Shown here in pieces: positions 57,201-64,000 of a stretch of 64,000 nucleotides of DNA. Numbering within the stretch: the stretch's first letter is position 1; each line of letters starts with the position of its first letter. The DNA comes from Bacteroidales bacterium. Its GTDB lineage: Bacteria; Bacteroidota; Bacteroidia; Bacteroidales; UBA12077. The stretch is taken from contig JAGXLL010000004.1 in the NCBI GenBank assembly GCA_018334675.1, forward strand, positions 35,522 to 99,521, written 5' to 3'. The position numbers and the translations under genes were made by a program. The notes under the pieces are model-generated. The model was not told where the DNA came from, ran no database searches, and saw only the letters and a list, made by a program, of their open reading frames with translations.

Positions 57201-57856
57201 AAGTGGAAGAAACCATCAACCTTTCCAGTAATATGTTGCCTGAGGATTCGATGATCTATGAATTCTCGGATAAAATCAGTCTGCAAAACAGCGGCAGTTA
57301 TGATTTTACATTATCCACCTCTACCGGAGGGGACATGGTTCCTTCCAACAATGACACCACCTTCACGTTTGAGGTCTATCCCCTGCCCGATCTCGACCTG
57401 GGCGAGGATACACTGAACACCGAGCTGCCTTATACCCTTGATCCGGGGAATTTTGAAGCTTACGAATGGCAGGACGGCAGCACGTCCTCTACCTATGAGG
57501 TCCAGCAACCCGGCACCTACAGCCTCACCGTCTTCAATCAATACGGTTGTTCGGATTATGATGAGATTGTTGTAACCGATGCCACAGATATAGACCTGTC
57601 CGCCCATGCCGGTTATTCGGCTACTATCTATCCCAATCCGGCACAGGAATACCTGATCGTTGAGCTGGAAGCTGAGGGCATCAAATCATTTACCTTGCGC
57701 CTGGTCAGCACCCAGGGCCACCTTGTCCAGAACAGAAAAGCCTCTCTTGAAAATGGCCGCATACGCCTCGATACACGTAACCTGGCCCGGGGTATCTACT
57801 ATCTGACCATCGCTACCGACCAACATCTACAAACCCGAAAGGTTATCATCAAGTAA
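51230..57856 (+). CDS. giant surface protein (2208 aa): signal peptide, three MAM/LamG-like jelly-roll modules, seven ~183-aa two-module repeats, T9SS type A (Por secretion tail) C-terminal domain
   Basis: The signal peptide is MKKIFKITVISFIALFYAG. Three modules begin with F.E(N/D)FE...W. The repeats are described under 54056..57590. The C-terminus (IYPNPAQEYLIVELE...GIYYLTI......TRKVIIK) matches the type A sorting domain. Confidence 0.87.
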   Translation: MKKIFKITVISFIALFYAGHPALYAQTQEDSIIFNENFELQSKPANWTYEYVDGNIEWQYQEGGYTTNPDIEGSGHPPYAFQGEGNAMFHYASYSGETTKLVTPPIDLKYAVKPELIFWHAQDERESLGEKNNDELRLYTKKSGDSNWTLLKTYTELVKEWTKRQVLLPDSILSEDFYLAFEGKTKNGYGTCIDSVTIVERGIASKYIDEINYRQPVTDFVPTNSNKNRIMRIDFAVGGNDGTLELDSIGITSLNTDDNNITENGVKLFASSDTLFVNSQQIASGIGFTNGKAIFDNLNYDLPVGLSSVWITYDIMEDVDHTLQNNIVDAKIKANAIKINNDTYPLINKSPLGERKIFESIFYDNFENDKNWALTGEFERNQPQGLGGSIGSPDPTNAPSGQYVLGTDLSGLGSTSGDYEFDLTEKAYKATSPMFDCFYYQDIYLYLDRWLNVDGSDKVYLEISHDNGNTWETLWENNSTRTADNWSNITYDLKSYINRVDSVRVRFSLGPTDGYWNFSGWNIDNIFFTGDYISQDVSITDWIAPLQQCQYNGQAGVRVKVKNFGGDPTRDTIPLVYSFDGGETEVRDTVFQSIPVGDSLVHTFSTPVDLNQPALYENVYAKTALPSDEVEDNDRYNYELLILPTYKPPYEEDFENTPDYFWQVGGENKTWTYTQPVGSHIDTAASGRFVWVTDSSFYYPNNDSTFLESPCFNFSDMKKPVFEFKMMTEFEKGKDGFALYYSIDDGVTWILVPKQDTFKWNWYNSDNIAALGTAGWDTTTSSWTRARQVLPSELEGQSQVKFRFLMESDEITQREGAAIDDIKIYEAPPDVGVSTMPWPESQCELSDAVYPEVYITNFGIDTLFAGDSIPIALKQQDNAFIKDTLVLSSFLEPGDSVQYTFKDSLDMSYSGDYPMKIYTHLENDPFFYSENNNDTLARTISVLGMPRYDIGYIIGTPPPVDTTLDAGAGYSSYNWNTGATTQTIDVTSTGWYKVTVTNDNSCSATDSVKVVDSEINTGITQIITSIGDACTHPNPLEYTVEVSNMGLTDLNAGDTIPMAYQINEQEPVADTMFLSGSESLTTTAPDSTIQFSFAEKLDLSEPGTYELKFYTNFSEDYDRRDDTATTTVNTWGYPDTELRYDTLLTTQADTLTLDAGSGFDSYQWQDGSSSQTFNIQHNRSQWYKVVVTDIHGCGDDADSTHVIASDIGIDSLVHPLNSCEFTSSEQAVVRIRNHSADTLLAGSIIPVGLHVNGTAYNDNVSLADSIMPGGYSNVTLDPVFDISAPGAHQFRVYTSITPDANHSNDTLQKEIHTWGYPDVELARDTIYTTQADTVEFSAGSGFDSYTWQDGSGGEIYEVSKKYSALYKVTVSDAHGCGTDSDSTQIFTYDLGISEMTSPKSDCELSDAEPIRIKVKNFSSDTLKSGDKIPMGYQVEGGPLNRDTLTLADMLLPGNSISHTFSQKADLSNLETTYRFDIFVDHPHDANMSNDTLLDAVKTFGYPEFSLNYDTLVTTQADTVKLFGDIDENAYLWQDGTNTDTFYVDRNTTETYHLTVTDLNGCSWRDTTEVITYDLAVDSIINPVAACEHGSAESLTIQVKNNGQDTLLTGRALPLGYRFNGSSNSYEDHMLVKDLHPDSTFSHTFGETFDMTGLGTYEFTAFSAMSNDARRANDTMRWNADHYGYPQVDLGPDTLFTNQADTITLEAPPGYDSYLWQDGSTGETFSITSKASRLYHVTVTNDNGCSVSDSVRIIATDIEMLSVLTPQSGCGLGHQEEVTVELYNNSASSIPGGETFTLTLITPQGTIHDDVMNLSNAFQAGDTLEFTYTRNVDLSLAQTYELEVYVDYEKDFTGANDTIRKNIEALPTPRPDLGPDTSVTAGEYTLDPGAFTQYLWHDGSQKSTFTITAQNTTADSLYYVEVTNEAGCKASDTVKVGMTVYDLSISAIASPGNLCRPQNDTTVSFTLENTGNQVIPSDSLISVAYQLDNQGEVEETINLSSNMLPEDSMIYEFSDKISLQNSGSYDFTLSTSTGGDMVPSNNDTTFTFEVYPLPDLDLGEDTLNTELPYTLDPGNFEAYEWQDGSTSSTYEVQQPGTYSLTVFNQYGCSDYDEIVVTDATDIDLSAHAGYSATIYPNPAQEYLIVELEAEGIKSFTLRLVSTQGHLVQNRKASLENGRIRLDTRNLARGIYYLTIATDQHLQTRKVIIK
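54056..57590 (+). repeat. seven tandem repeats of 549-558 nt (~183 aa) inside the giant gene
   Basis: Unit starts are at about 54062, 54620, 55169, 55724, 56273, 56822 and 57377. Each unit has (W/F/Y)GYP..(D/E)L..DT..T.QADT..L.AG.G.DSY.WQDGS......V......Y.V.V.D..GC..D.....V. A CARDB-like module with a conserved Cys and an NDT ending follows. The last unit is truncated. Confidence 0.85.
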
Positions 57857-58049
57857 TACGGAATCCTACCACCCTTCACATCAATCCCGGTCTCGCACAG
57901 ACGAGCCCGGGAACGCAGGAGGTTTCCGACCAGCAAAAAAGAAAGATACAACAAAGATGGGTCTGTTTTGATAAATAACTTCTCATGATAGATTAAGCTA
58001 TTTACATTCTCTTAAAAGTTGGCTACCTTTAATCATTTCTCTACTTTAA

Positions 58050-58562
58050 ATGATGCCCATGGATTCGAAAGATCAAAGCCGGCAGGAAAGCCATTCTTAC
58101 CTGAAATTCAGGATTGGCGATACGCATCTGGCTATACCCTCAAAAAAGGTATGGATGATCCTGCATGGTGAGACGATCCAGGGCGTTACGGGCGCACCCC
58201 ATTCCATGAAGGGAAAGATTCCTTTCTATACGGGTGCCACCCCGATATTAGATCCCCAGCAAAAACTGCCGGTCGATGCTTCTCATTGCGACGATTCAGA
58301 GGGGTGTGTTCTAATGATGGAATTCAGAAAGGGAAACTCTGAAAGAAGGGATCATTTCTTCGGTTTGCCGGTAGATCAGGTCATAGGCATTGATGAGATA
58401 TCTGCCAAAGACATTTCTCCCGCCAAACACTCCTTATCCGGATCTGACCGGGACAACCCGGTTGGCACGGCAGAGGTCAACCACGAAACCATCCACATTG
58501 TGGATCCTGAAAAGCTGATCACTTCGAAAGACATGAAGCTTTTTTGGGAAGCATGCCAATAA
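58050..58562 (+). CDS. CheW-like domain protein (orphan)
   Basis: SYLKFRIGDTHLAIPSKKVWMIL...GAPHSMKGKIPFYTGATPILD ... FFGLPVDQVIGIDEI ... IHIVDPEKL follows the CheW pattern (yL.F.lg...yai....V.ei......P.aP....G..n.rG...Pv.DL ... G..VD.V..v..i ... llD...l). Confidence 0.55.
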   Translation: MMPMDSKDQSRQESHSYLKFRIGDTHLAIPSKKVWMILHGETIQGVTGAPHSMKGKIPFYTGATPILDPQQKLPVDASHCDDSEGCVLMMEFRKGNSERRDHFFGLPVDQVIGIDEISAKDISPAKHSLSGSDRDNPVGTAEVNHETIHIVDPEKLITSKDMKLFWEACQ

Positions 58563-58586
58563 AGGTTGCCGGAGTGATGTCCCGGT

Positions 58587-60272
58587 TCAATACAGATGGA
58601 GAAGCTTGCGGGTGAAGGTTCGGGATCCGGCCCTTATCCTGATATAGTAACTCCCTGGTGAAAGGCTTCCCCCGCTCGTATTCAGATTGAACCGATGCAA
58701 ACCGGGTGGTGTATGTTCTATTTCCATGCTGCGTACAATCCTTCCCTGGGCATCGGCCAGCTGAATGACAAGGTTTTCAACCTCCCGCTGAAAATGAACC
58801 TCCACATGCAAGACATCCTGGAAAGGATTGGGATAGCAGATAAAACGGTTCCCTGGCCCATCCTCATCCACCGACTGGACAATCCGCCTCATAACCACAT
58901 CCATGCGATTTACCTGTTCCCTTCCCACTTTTATATTCCGGACCAGGGTATCGCTGTAACCCGCAGCGGAAAAACGCAGATCATAGTTCCCTGTATCGAT
59001 CATGCGGTGGTAATCGCCCACATCAGGATCGGTAAAAACCATGGAGCTGTCCTGCTCCCGGTCATGACCCACCACCTCCACCATGGCCTTCAGCGGCTTG
59101 CCCCATTCATCGGACACCACCCCCCGGATACCCCGCAGACATTGCTCCATGTACCTCAACAATGCCTCGCGGTTGTAATTCCAGTAATCCGGCAAGGTGG
59201 AAGCAGGGGGAATCTTGTCATCCGATATCTCCATGGTTACCTCCCGGGACTGCTGAAAATAGGTCATGTAATCCTGTCTCCCCCCATAGATAGTGTACCA
59301 ATCGGTGCCTTTGATGATACCACTGGGGGTGAGAATGGAGAAATATCCTTCCGGGCTGTTCTCCTGGGCACTTTCAGCATAAATCCTGCTGATGTGGCGA
59401 AGCCAGGAACTGTCCGCATGCGATCGCTCCCAGGTATCCCACGGATAATTGGCCACTTCCGCACCCCCGTGGAAGTTGGCCGACAGGGTGATGTGCTGCT
59501 TCTTTGCGAAATCCATCATAGCCCGGGTCTCCGGCTGCCAGCTTTGCCCATCGGGATGGGGACCATCCTGCGGATCGGGAAAATTACGATTCAGATCCAC
59601 TCCGTTGGCGTTATAACGAGAAGCCTCCGAGAGGGTCTGATCATCATGGCCATACGTACCATCCGGGTTGGCATTGGGGTTGATAAAAATATCTATGCTG
59701 TCCACCAGGTTCGTAATGCGCTCATCCTGGCCGTAAGAGGTAAGGAGGGTATCGATCAAACGGAGCATCAACACGTAACCTACCGCCTCGTTGCCATGCA
59801 TGGTACTGGTATAAAACAGCTCCGGCTCATCCTCCTCCCGCCCGGGATGATCCGTGATACGCATTACCAGAAGGGATCTGCCAAGCACGGTTTTCCCAAT
59901 GGTGTCGAGTTCACAAATGTCCGGATAGGCTGAAGCCATACTGTCCATCATAGCCTCATATTGTCCGTAAGATGGGTAGGCATCCCATCCGCTCATATCA
60001 GCAGATATAGCAGCCGTCTTCAATCTTTTATTGCCGGGCAGAGGCAACAACTGAATATCATATGGGGTATTCCTCCTGAACCTTTCCATTTGTTCACCGG
60101 TGGCATAGGCATAAACAACCTTGTCACGGACATCATCAATGGAGATCATCCGGGTAACCGAGTCCAGCTCACTCTTATGATCTATTCGAAATTTTATGTA
60201 ATGCACCTTCTGGCCCTGCAGGGAATGGGAAGCCATAACCAGAAAAAGCAGGAGGAGCAGAAAACGTATCAT
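58587..60272 (-). CDS. M14 zinc carboxypeptidase with T9SS type A C-terminal sorting domain
   Basis: The product has a signal peptide, a zinc-binding motif HGNEAVG (HxxE), NPDG, DLNRNFP and NFHGG motifs. The C-terminus is CYPNPFQDVLHVEV...GSYYIRI......RKLLHLY. Confidence 0.87.
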   Translation of the reverse strand: MIRFLLLLLFLVMASHSLQGQKVHYIKFRIDHKSELDSVTRMISIDDVRDKVVYAYATGEQMERFRRNTPYDIQLLPLPGNKRLKTAAISADMSGWDAYPSYGQYEAMMDSMASAYPDICELDTIGKTVLGRSLLVMRITDHPGREEDEPELFYTSTMHGNEAVGYVLMLRLIDTLLTSYGQDERITNLVDSIDIFINPNANPDGTYGHDDQTLSEASRYNANGVDLNRNFPDPQDGPHPDGQSWQPETRAMMDFAKKQHITLSANFHGGAEVANYPWDTWERSHADSSWLRHISRIYAESAQENSPEGYFSILTPSGIIKGTDWYTIYGGRQDYMTYFQQSREVTMEISDDKIPPASTLPDYWNYNREALLRYMEQCLRGIRGVVSDEWGKPLKAMVEVVGHDREQDSSMVFTDPDVGDYHRMIDTGNYDLRFSAAGYSDTLVRNIKVGREQVNRMDVVMRRIVQSVDEDGPGNRFICYPNPFQDVLHVEVHFQREVENLVIQLADAQGRIVRSMEIEHTPPGLHRFNLNTSGGSLSPGSYYIRIRAGSRTFTRKLLHLY

Positions 60273-60280
60273 TGGCCAGG

Positions 60281-62428
60281 TTATTGAACCAGGGTCATCT
60301 CTTCGATCAGCCAGTCGGCTTCAGCAAACCGGTCGATGATGAAAAGGGCGTACCGAATGTCGAGGGTGATATTGCGGCACTGGGTAGGATCGTACATGAT
60401 ATCGCTCATGGTACCCTCCCAGTTGCGGTCGAAGTTCACCCCGATCAGCTCACCGTTGGCATTGATGACCGGACTGCCTGAGTTGCCGCCTGAAGTATGG
60501 TTGGAGGCAATGAAACATACCGGCATTTCTCCCTGGCTGTTGGCATATTTACCATAATCCTTTTCGTGATAAAGGGTCTTCAATTTATCCGGCAGCTGAT
60601 AGACTTCCAGTCCTTTCCGGTTCTTTTGCATCACCCCTTCCAGGGTGGTTTGATACTGATAAACAACTGCATCCCTGGGCTGGTATCCTTTGACCTCACC
60701 ATATGCTACACGCATGGTAAAATTGGCATCCGGCCAGAAGACCTGATCCTCCTTCATAGTCCTCAATCCCCTGACATATATACGATAAAGACTATCAAGC
60801 TGTACATTATATTTTTGATAGCCCGGCATAATCTTATTCCGGTATAATTCACTGAAGCTTTGGGCCAGGCGGTAAGCCGGATCTTTTTTTATCCGGCTGG
60901 TATCGGAAAGCTTAAATTCATCCAGAAAAGCATACACTTTTGAGGAATCGGTAAACATCGACTCTTCATAGAGCTCCTCCACATAGGCCTTCACATCTCC
61001 CTGGTATTGCTGATCAATCCTGTCAAAAACGCGTGGATGGAATTTTTCATCGATGTTCTTGCGGTAAGCCCGGAAAAGACGGGGTGCGATCTCCCGGTCG
61101 ATCGCAGGCACATAATCTTTATAGAACGATGTGGCATCCAGATTATCGATGAGGGATGGAATGTTATCGGGATTTCTCGCATCGATCAGTTCATTAAAGC
61201 CTGCAACAAAACGCATCAGCTCATTGCCGTAATAACCGGCCTCAATGTAATAATCGCGCGCCATCACATAGGGCTGGTAATCATCATACACCGATTCAAA
61301 GGTTTGGATCAATCCTCCATATTCCTCCTGGCGTTTGGTACTGGACCGAACCCATTGGGTAAATTCCTTCTCCAGTTTCTGCTTCTTCTCAATGGCATCC
61401 AGTCGTTTTAGCCCTCGAATCATGCCCTTCCAACGCTTCCATGAGTTGCTCACGCCCGATTGCTTGGCTGCATATTTCAGCTCGATGGCTTCGCTTTCAC
61501 TCATATACTTGTCCATCACCTCCAGGCGGATGTCACGCAAATGGATGCGCTCGGGATTCCTGTGTTTCTGAATGATACTGACAGCGTGAGATGTAAGGTG
61601 TTGTTCGGTACTACCAGGATAACCCATTACCATGGTAAAATCACCCTTATCGATGCCGTTCAGGGATATGGGAAGGTGCTTCCCGGGGTTATAAGGCTGG
61701 TTGGCCGGATCATATTCGGCGGGCTCATTATTCTTGCCGGCATAAATGCGGAAAAGGGAGAAATCACCGGTATGACGAGGCCACATCCAATTGTCGCGGT
61801 CCTTGCCATACTTGCCTACGGATGAAGGAGGAGCACCCACCAGGCGAACATCCCTGTAGGTCTCATAAATAAACATATAAAACTCATTGCCATAATAAAA
61901 GGGTTTGGTCACAGCCCGGTAATGGGTCCCTTCTGTGGCCTGTTTTTCTATTTCCGTGACAACCGAATCGATCACCTGCTGACGCTCCTGTTCCGCCATT
62001 TCCTCATTGAGATGCTGAACCACCCGGTCCGTTACATCTTCGATGCGTACAAGAAAGGTTGCCGTCAATCCCGGGTTTGTGAGTTCTTCTTCCATATTGT
62101 CTGCCCAAAAACCATCCTCAAGGTAATTGTGCTCCATGGTGCTATGTTTCTGTATGGAGCCATAACCACAATGGTGGTTGGTGATAAGCAAACCCTTATC
62201 AGATATCAGTTCTCCCGTACAGCCACCTCCGAATATCACTATGGCATCTTTCAGGCTCGAATGATTGATGCTATAGATTTCCTCGGCGGAAAGGCGAAAG
62301 CCCTTCTTATGCATGTCGTCCATGTTAAACTTATGCAATAGGCTGGGTATCCACATACCCTCACCCGAAAAGACGCTTCCTGAAAACAGAAGCAAAATAA
62401 AAAGCAGAATGAAAGGTCTTTTTCTCAT
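60281..62428 (-). CDS. S46-family dipeptidyl-peptidase (DPP7/DPP11-like)
   Basis: GGCTGELIS.KGL.ITNHHCG (catalytic His), NWMWPRHTGDFS.FR.Y and a C-terminal GGNSGSPV (catalytic Ser) are diagnostic of S46. Confidence 0.9.
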   Translation of the reverse strand: MRKRPFILLFILLLFSGSVFSGEGMWIPSLLHKFNMDDMHKKGFRLSAEEIYSINHSSLKDAIVIFGGGCTGELISDKGLLITNHHCGYGSIQKHSTMEHNYLEDGFWADNMEEELTNPGLTATFLVRIEDVTDRVVQHLNEEMAEQERQQVIDSVVTEIEKQATEGTHYRAVTKPFYYGNEFYMFIYETYRDVRLVGAPPSSVGKYGKDRDNWMWPRHTGDFSLFRIYAGKNNEPAEYDPANQPYNPGKHLPISLNGIDKGDFTMVMGYPGSTEQHLTSHAVSIIQKHRNPERIHLRDIRLEVMDKYMSESEAIELKYAAKQSGVSNSWKRWKGMIRGLKRLDAIEKKQKLEKEFTQWVRSSTKRQEEYGGLIQTFESVYDDYQPYVMARDYYIEAGYYGNELMRFVAGFNELIDARNPDNIPSLIDNLDATSFYKDYVPAIDREIAPRLFRAYRKNIDEKFHPRVFDRIDQQYQGDVKAYVEELYEESMFTDSSKVYAFLDEFKLSDTSRIKKDPAYRLAQSFSELYRNKIMPGYQKYNVQLDSLYRIYVRGLRTMKEDQVFWPDANFTMRVAYGEVKGYQPRDAVVYQYQTTLEGVMQKNRKGLEVYQLPDKLKTLYHEKDYGKYANSQGEMPVCFIASNHTSGGNSGSPVINANGELIGVNFDRNWEGTMSDIMYDPTQCRNITLDIRYALFIIDRFAEADWLIEEMTLVQ

Positions 62429-62452
62429 AAATAAAGGATCGGTTTGACGAGG

Positions 62453-63055
62453 TTAATTTTTTATGTTCAAAAATTTCTTGAGTTCCACATAGAGCTTTTG
62501 AACCGGCAGACCCATTACATTGAAGAAGGAACCTTCAATCTTCTCTACGCCAATGTATCCTAACCATTCTTGTATGCCATATGAACCGGCCTTGTCGAAG
62601 GGCTCATACTTGTCGATGTAATACCATATCTCCTTGTCAGTCAAATCCTTAAAATATACATCCGTGCGGGATGAAAAGGTTGATTTTTGATTCAGGGAAC
62701 GGATACACACCGCAGTATATACCTGATGAACCGTACCTGACAAGGACCTTAGGATGTCATACGATTCCTTTTCGTCCTTGGGTTTCTGCAGCACCTGGTC
62801 GTCTTTCCATACAATGGTATCGGCGGTGATCACGATGGTATGCTCATTCAATTCATCATCGAAGGCGTCGGCTTTCATACGGGCCAGGTAAAGGGGAATC
62901 TCTTCTTTTGACAGATTCTCAGGGTAAACTTCCTGAACCATCTGCTTGAGTTTTACGTCAAATTTTAATCCGAGCTCTTTCAGCAGATATTGACGTCTTG
63001 GTGACTGCGACCCCAGAATGATCTGGTACTTTCCAATCTCCTCAAAGAAGTTCAT
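62453..63055 (-). CDS. maf: Maf-like nucleoside triphosphate pyrophosphatase
   Basis: LGSQSPRR..LL..LG, ITADT.V, KAG.YGIQ and NV.GLP motifs are present. Confidence 0.9.
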   Translation of the reverse strand: MNFFEEIGKYQIILGSQSPRRQYLLKELGLKFDVKLKQMVQEVYPENLSKEEIPLYLARMKADAFDDELNEHTIVITADTIVWKDDQVLQKPKDEKESYDILRSLSGTVHQVYTAVCIRSLNQKSTFSSRTDVYFKDLTDKEIWYYIDKYEPFDKAGSYGIQEWLGYIGVEKIEGSFFNVMGLPVQKLYVELKKFLNIKN

Positions 63056-63993
63056 ACGAGTTGGGTTTGAATGATGTATCTGGCCACCAAAGCATATAAT
63101 ACCCCAAGCAGCATAACAACCTTCAGAATATGGCTGATCAGCCGAAAATCTTCCTTCTTATCTGCTTTGATGGTTTTAAATATCAAAAATAGTAAAGGTA
63201 ACCACAAAAACAATGAAAAATATACCAGGGTGATGGCATCGCCCAGAAATTTAAACCAGGCGAATATCAATCCTGCCAAAGTAGCCATGGTAAGGACATG
63301 CACCACCACCTTGGAGGATTGCATACCCAGCACCACGGGCAGGGAGTTTCTCCCGTACAGCCTGTCGCCTTCAAAATCTTCCATATCCTTTATGATCTCC
63401 CGGATCAGATTGGTCATGAAGGCAAAGAACGAGAAGGCCAGCACCCAGTAAAGGATATACATGAAGTTCATCTGGTTTTCAATCAAGACCTGCCGGTATG
63501 TCTCATTAAGCAGAGGGATCTCAAATATTGGAACCATCAGGGGCACCACGGCAGTAAGCAGGGCTACCAGCAGATTGCCCACCAGAAACTGCCGCTTATA
63601 GGTAGTGGAATAAAACCAGAGCAGGCCGGCCACAAGTATGAAAACAAAGCCCAGATAAGGGATGCCGATATGGAAAGAGATATAGAATCCCAATCCTATT
63701 CCGATGACATTGAGCAAGCTATGAAAAATGATAGCGAATCGCCGGTGGATAGAGGTACCCACAATGACCTGGCGGGGTTTGTTAAGCAAATCGGTATGGG
63801 TATCAAAGTAATCATTTATGACGTATCCGGCCGCTGTGATGGCAACGGTTGAAAGCACCAGCAAAAAGAAATGAAAGGCATCCATTTGCAGCTTGAATTG
63901 GTTCAATTCAAGCATCGGCTCAATGATACCCCATCGCATCAAATATTGGGTCATCACGATGATGATCAGGTTGGGATATCGGATCAGTTTCAA
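63052..63993 (-). CDS. UbiA-family prenyltransferase (DGGGP-synthase-like class common in Bacteroidota)
   Basis: The 313-aa product has about 8-9 TM helices and a first Asp-rich motif NDYFDTHTD. A second motif region is (K)DMEDFEGD. Its stop overlaps the maf start as ATGA. Confidence 0.78.
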   Translation of the reverse strand: MKLIRYPNLIIIVMTQYLMRWGIIEPMLELNQFKLQMDAFHFFLLVLSTVAITAAGYVINDYFDTHTDLLNKPRQVIVGTSIHRRFAIIFHSLLNVIGIGLGFYISFHIGIPYLGFVFILVAGLLWFYSTTYKRQFLVGNLLVALLTAVVPLMVPIFEIPLLNETYRQVLIENQMNFMYILYWVLAFSFFAFMTNLIREIIKDMEDFEGDRLYGRNSLPVVLGMQSSKVVVHVLTMATLAGLIFAWFKFLGDAITLVYFSLFLWLPLLFLIFKTIKADKKEDFRLISHILKVVMLLGVLYALVARYIIQTQLV

Positions 63994-64000
63994 ATAAGCG

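Noticed and set aside
44970-57590. Periodic sequence in the two giant genes as a possible CRISPR array or satellite
   Set aside because: The periodicity (~270 nt and ~550 nt) is protein-domain repetition within continuous ORFs. The units are diverged, with no short identical repeats separated by unique spacers, and there are no cas genes.
58695-59933. 412-aa + strand ORF opposite the M14 carboxypeptidase gene
   Set aside because: The minus strand carries the HxxE zinc motif and a T9SS sorting tail. The + strand product has no motifs and is a shadow ORF.

Overview
This is a chromosomal segment from a Bacteroidota (class Bacteroidia-like) genome. Supporting that assignment: T9SS type A and type B C-terminal sorting domains, a TonB-dependent receptor/DUF4249 pair, an S46 peptidase, and TTG-N19-TAnnTTTG promoter boxes. 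About 40 genes are tightly packed and mostly housekeeping. They include rlmH, nadC, pdxH, an AddAB-like helicase-nuclease pair with a radical-SAM gene between the subunits, mgsA, a complete hisGDCBHAF(IE) operon, and maf. Peptidoglycan-recycling functions are present (a GH3/beta-lactamase-like fusion and an AmgK-like/MurU-like pair). There are four secreted peptidases (tricorn-like, DPP4, M14, S46). Two divergently transcribed giant T9SS cargo proteins (about 2170 and 2208 aa) occupy about 13 kb. I saw no rRNA, tRNA, CRISPR array, integrase or transposase. The most interesting signals are non-coding or contextual. (1) The his operon is preceded by two tandem His-codon leader peptide/terminator units, that is, a double attenuator, plus a third long hairpin. 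(2) A family of 60-75 nt hairpin repeats occurs in five copies, with a compensatory stem substitution between two copies. (3) A stand-alone RapZ C-terminal-domain gene is translationally coupled between the amgK-like and murU-like genes. (4) A HEPN/MNT pair appears to have lost the catalytic residues of both partners. All functional names come from reading motifs by eye, because no database search was possible. Most long antisense ORFs in the supplied track are shadows of the real genes.
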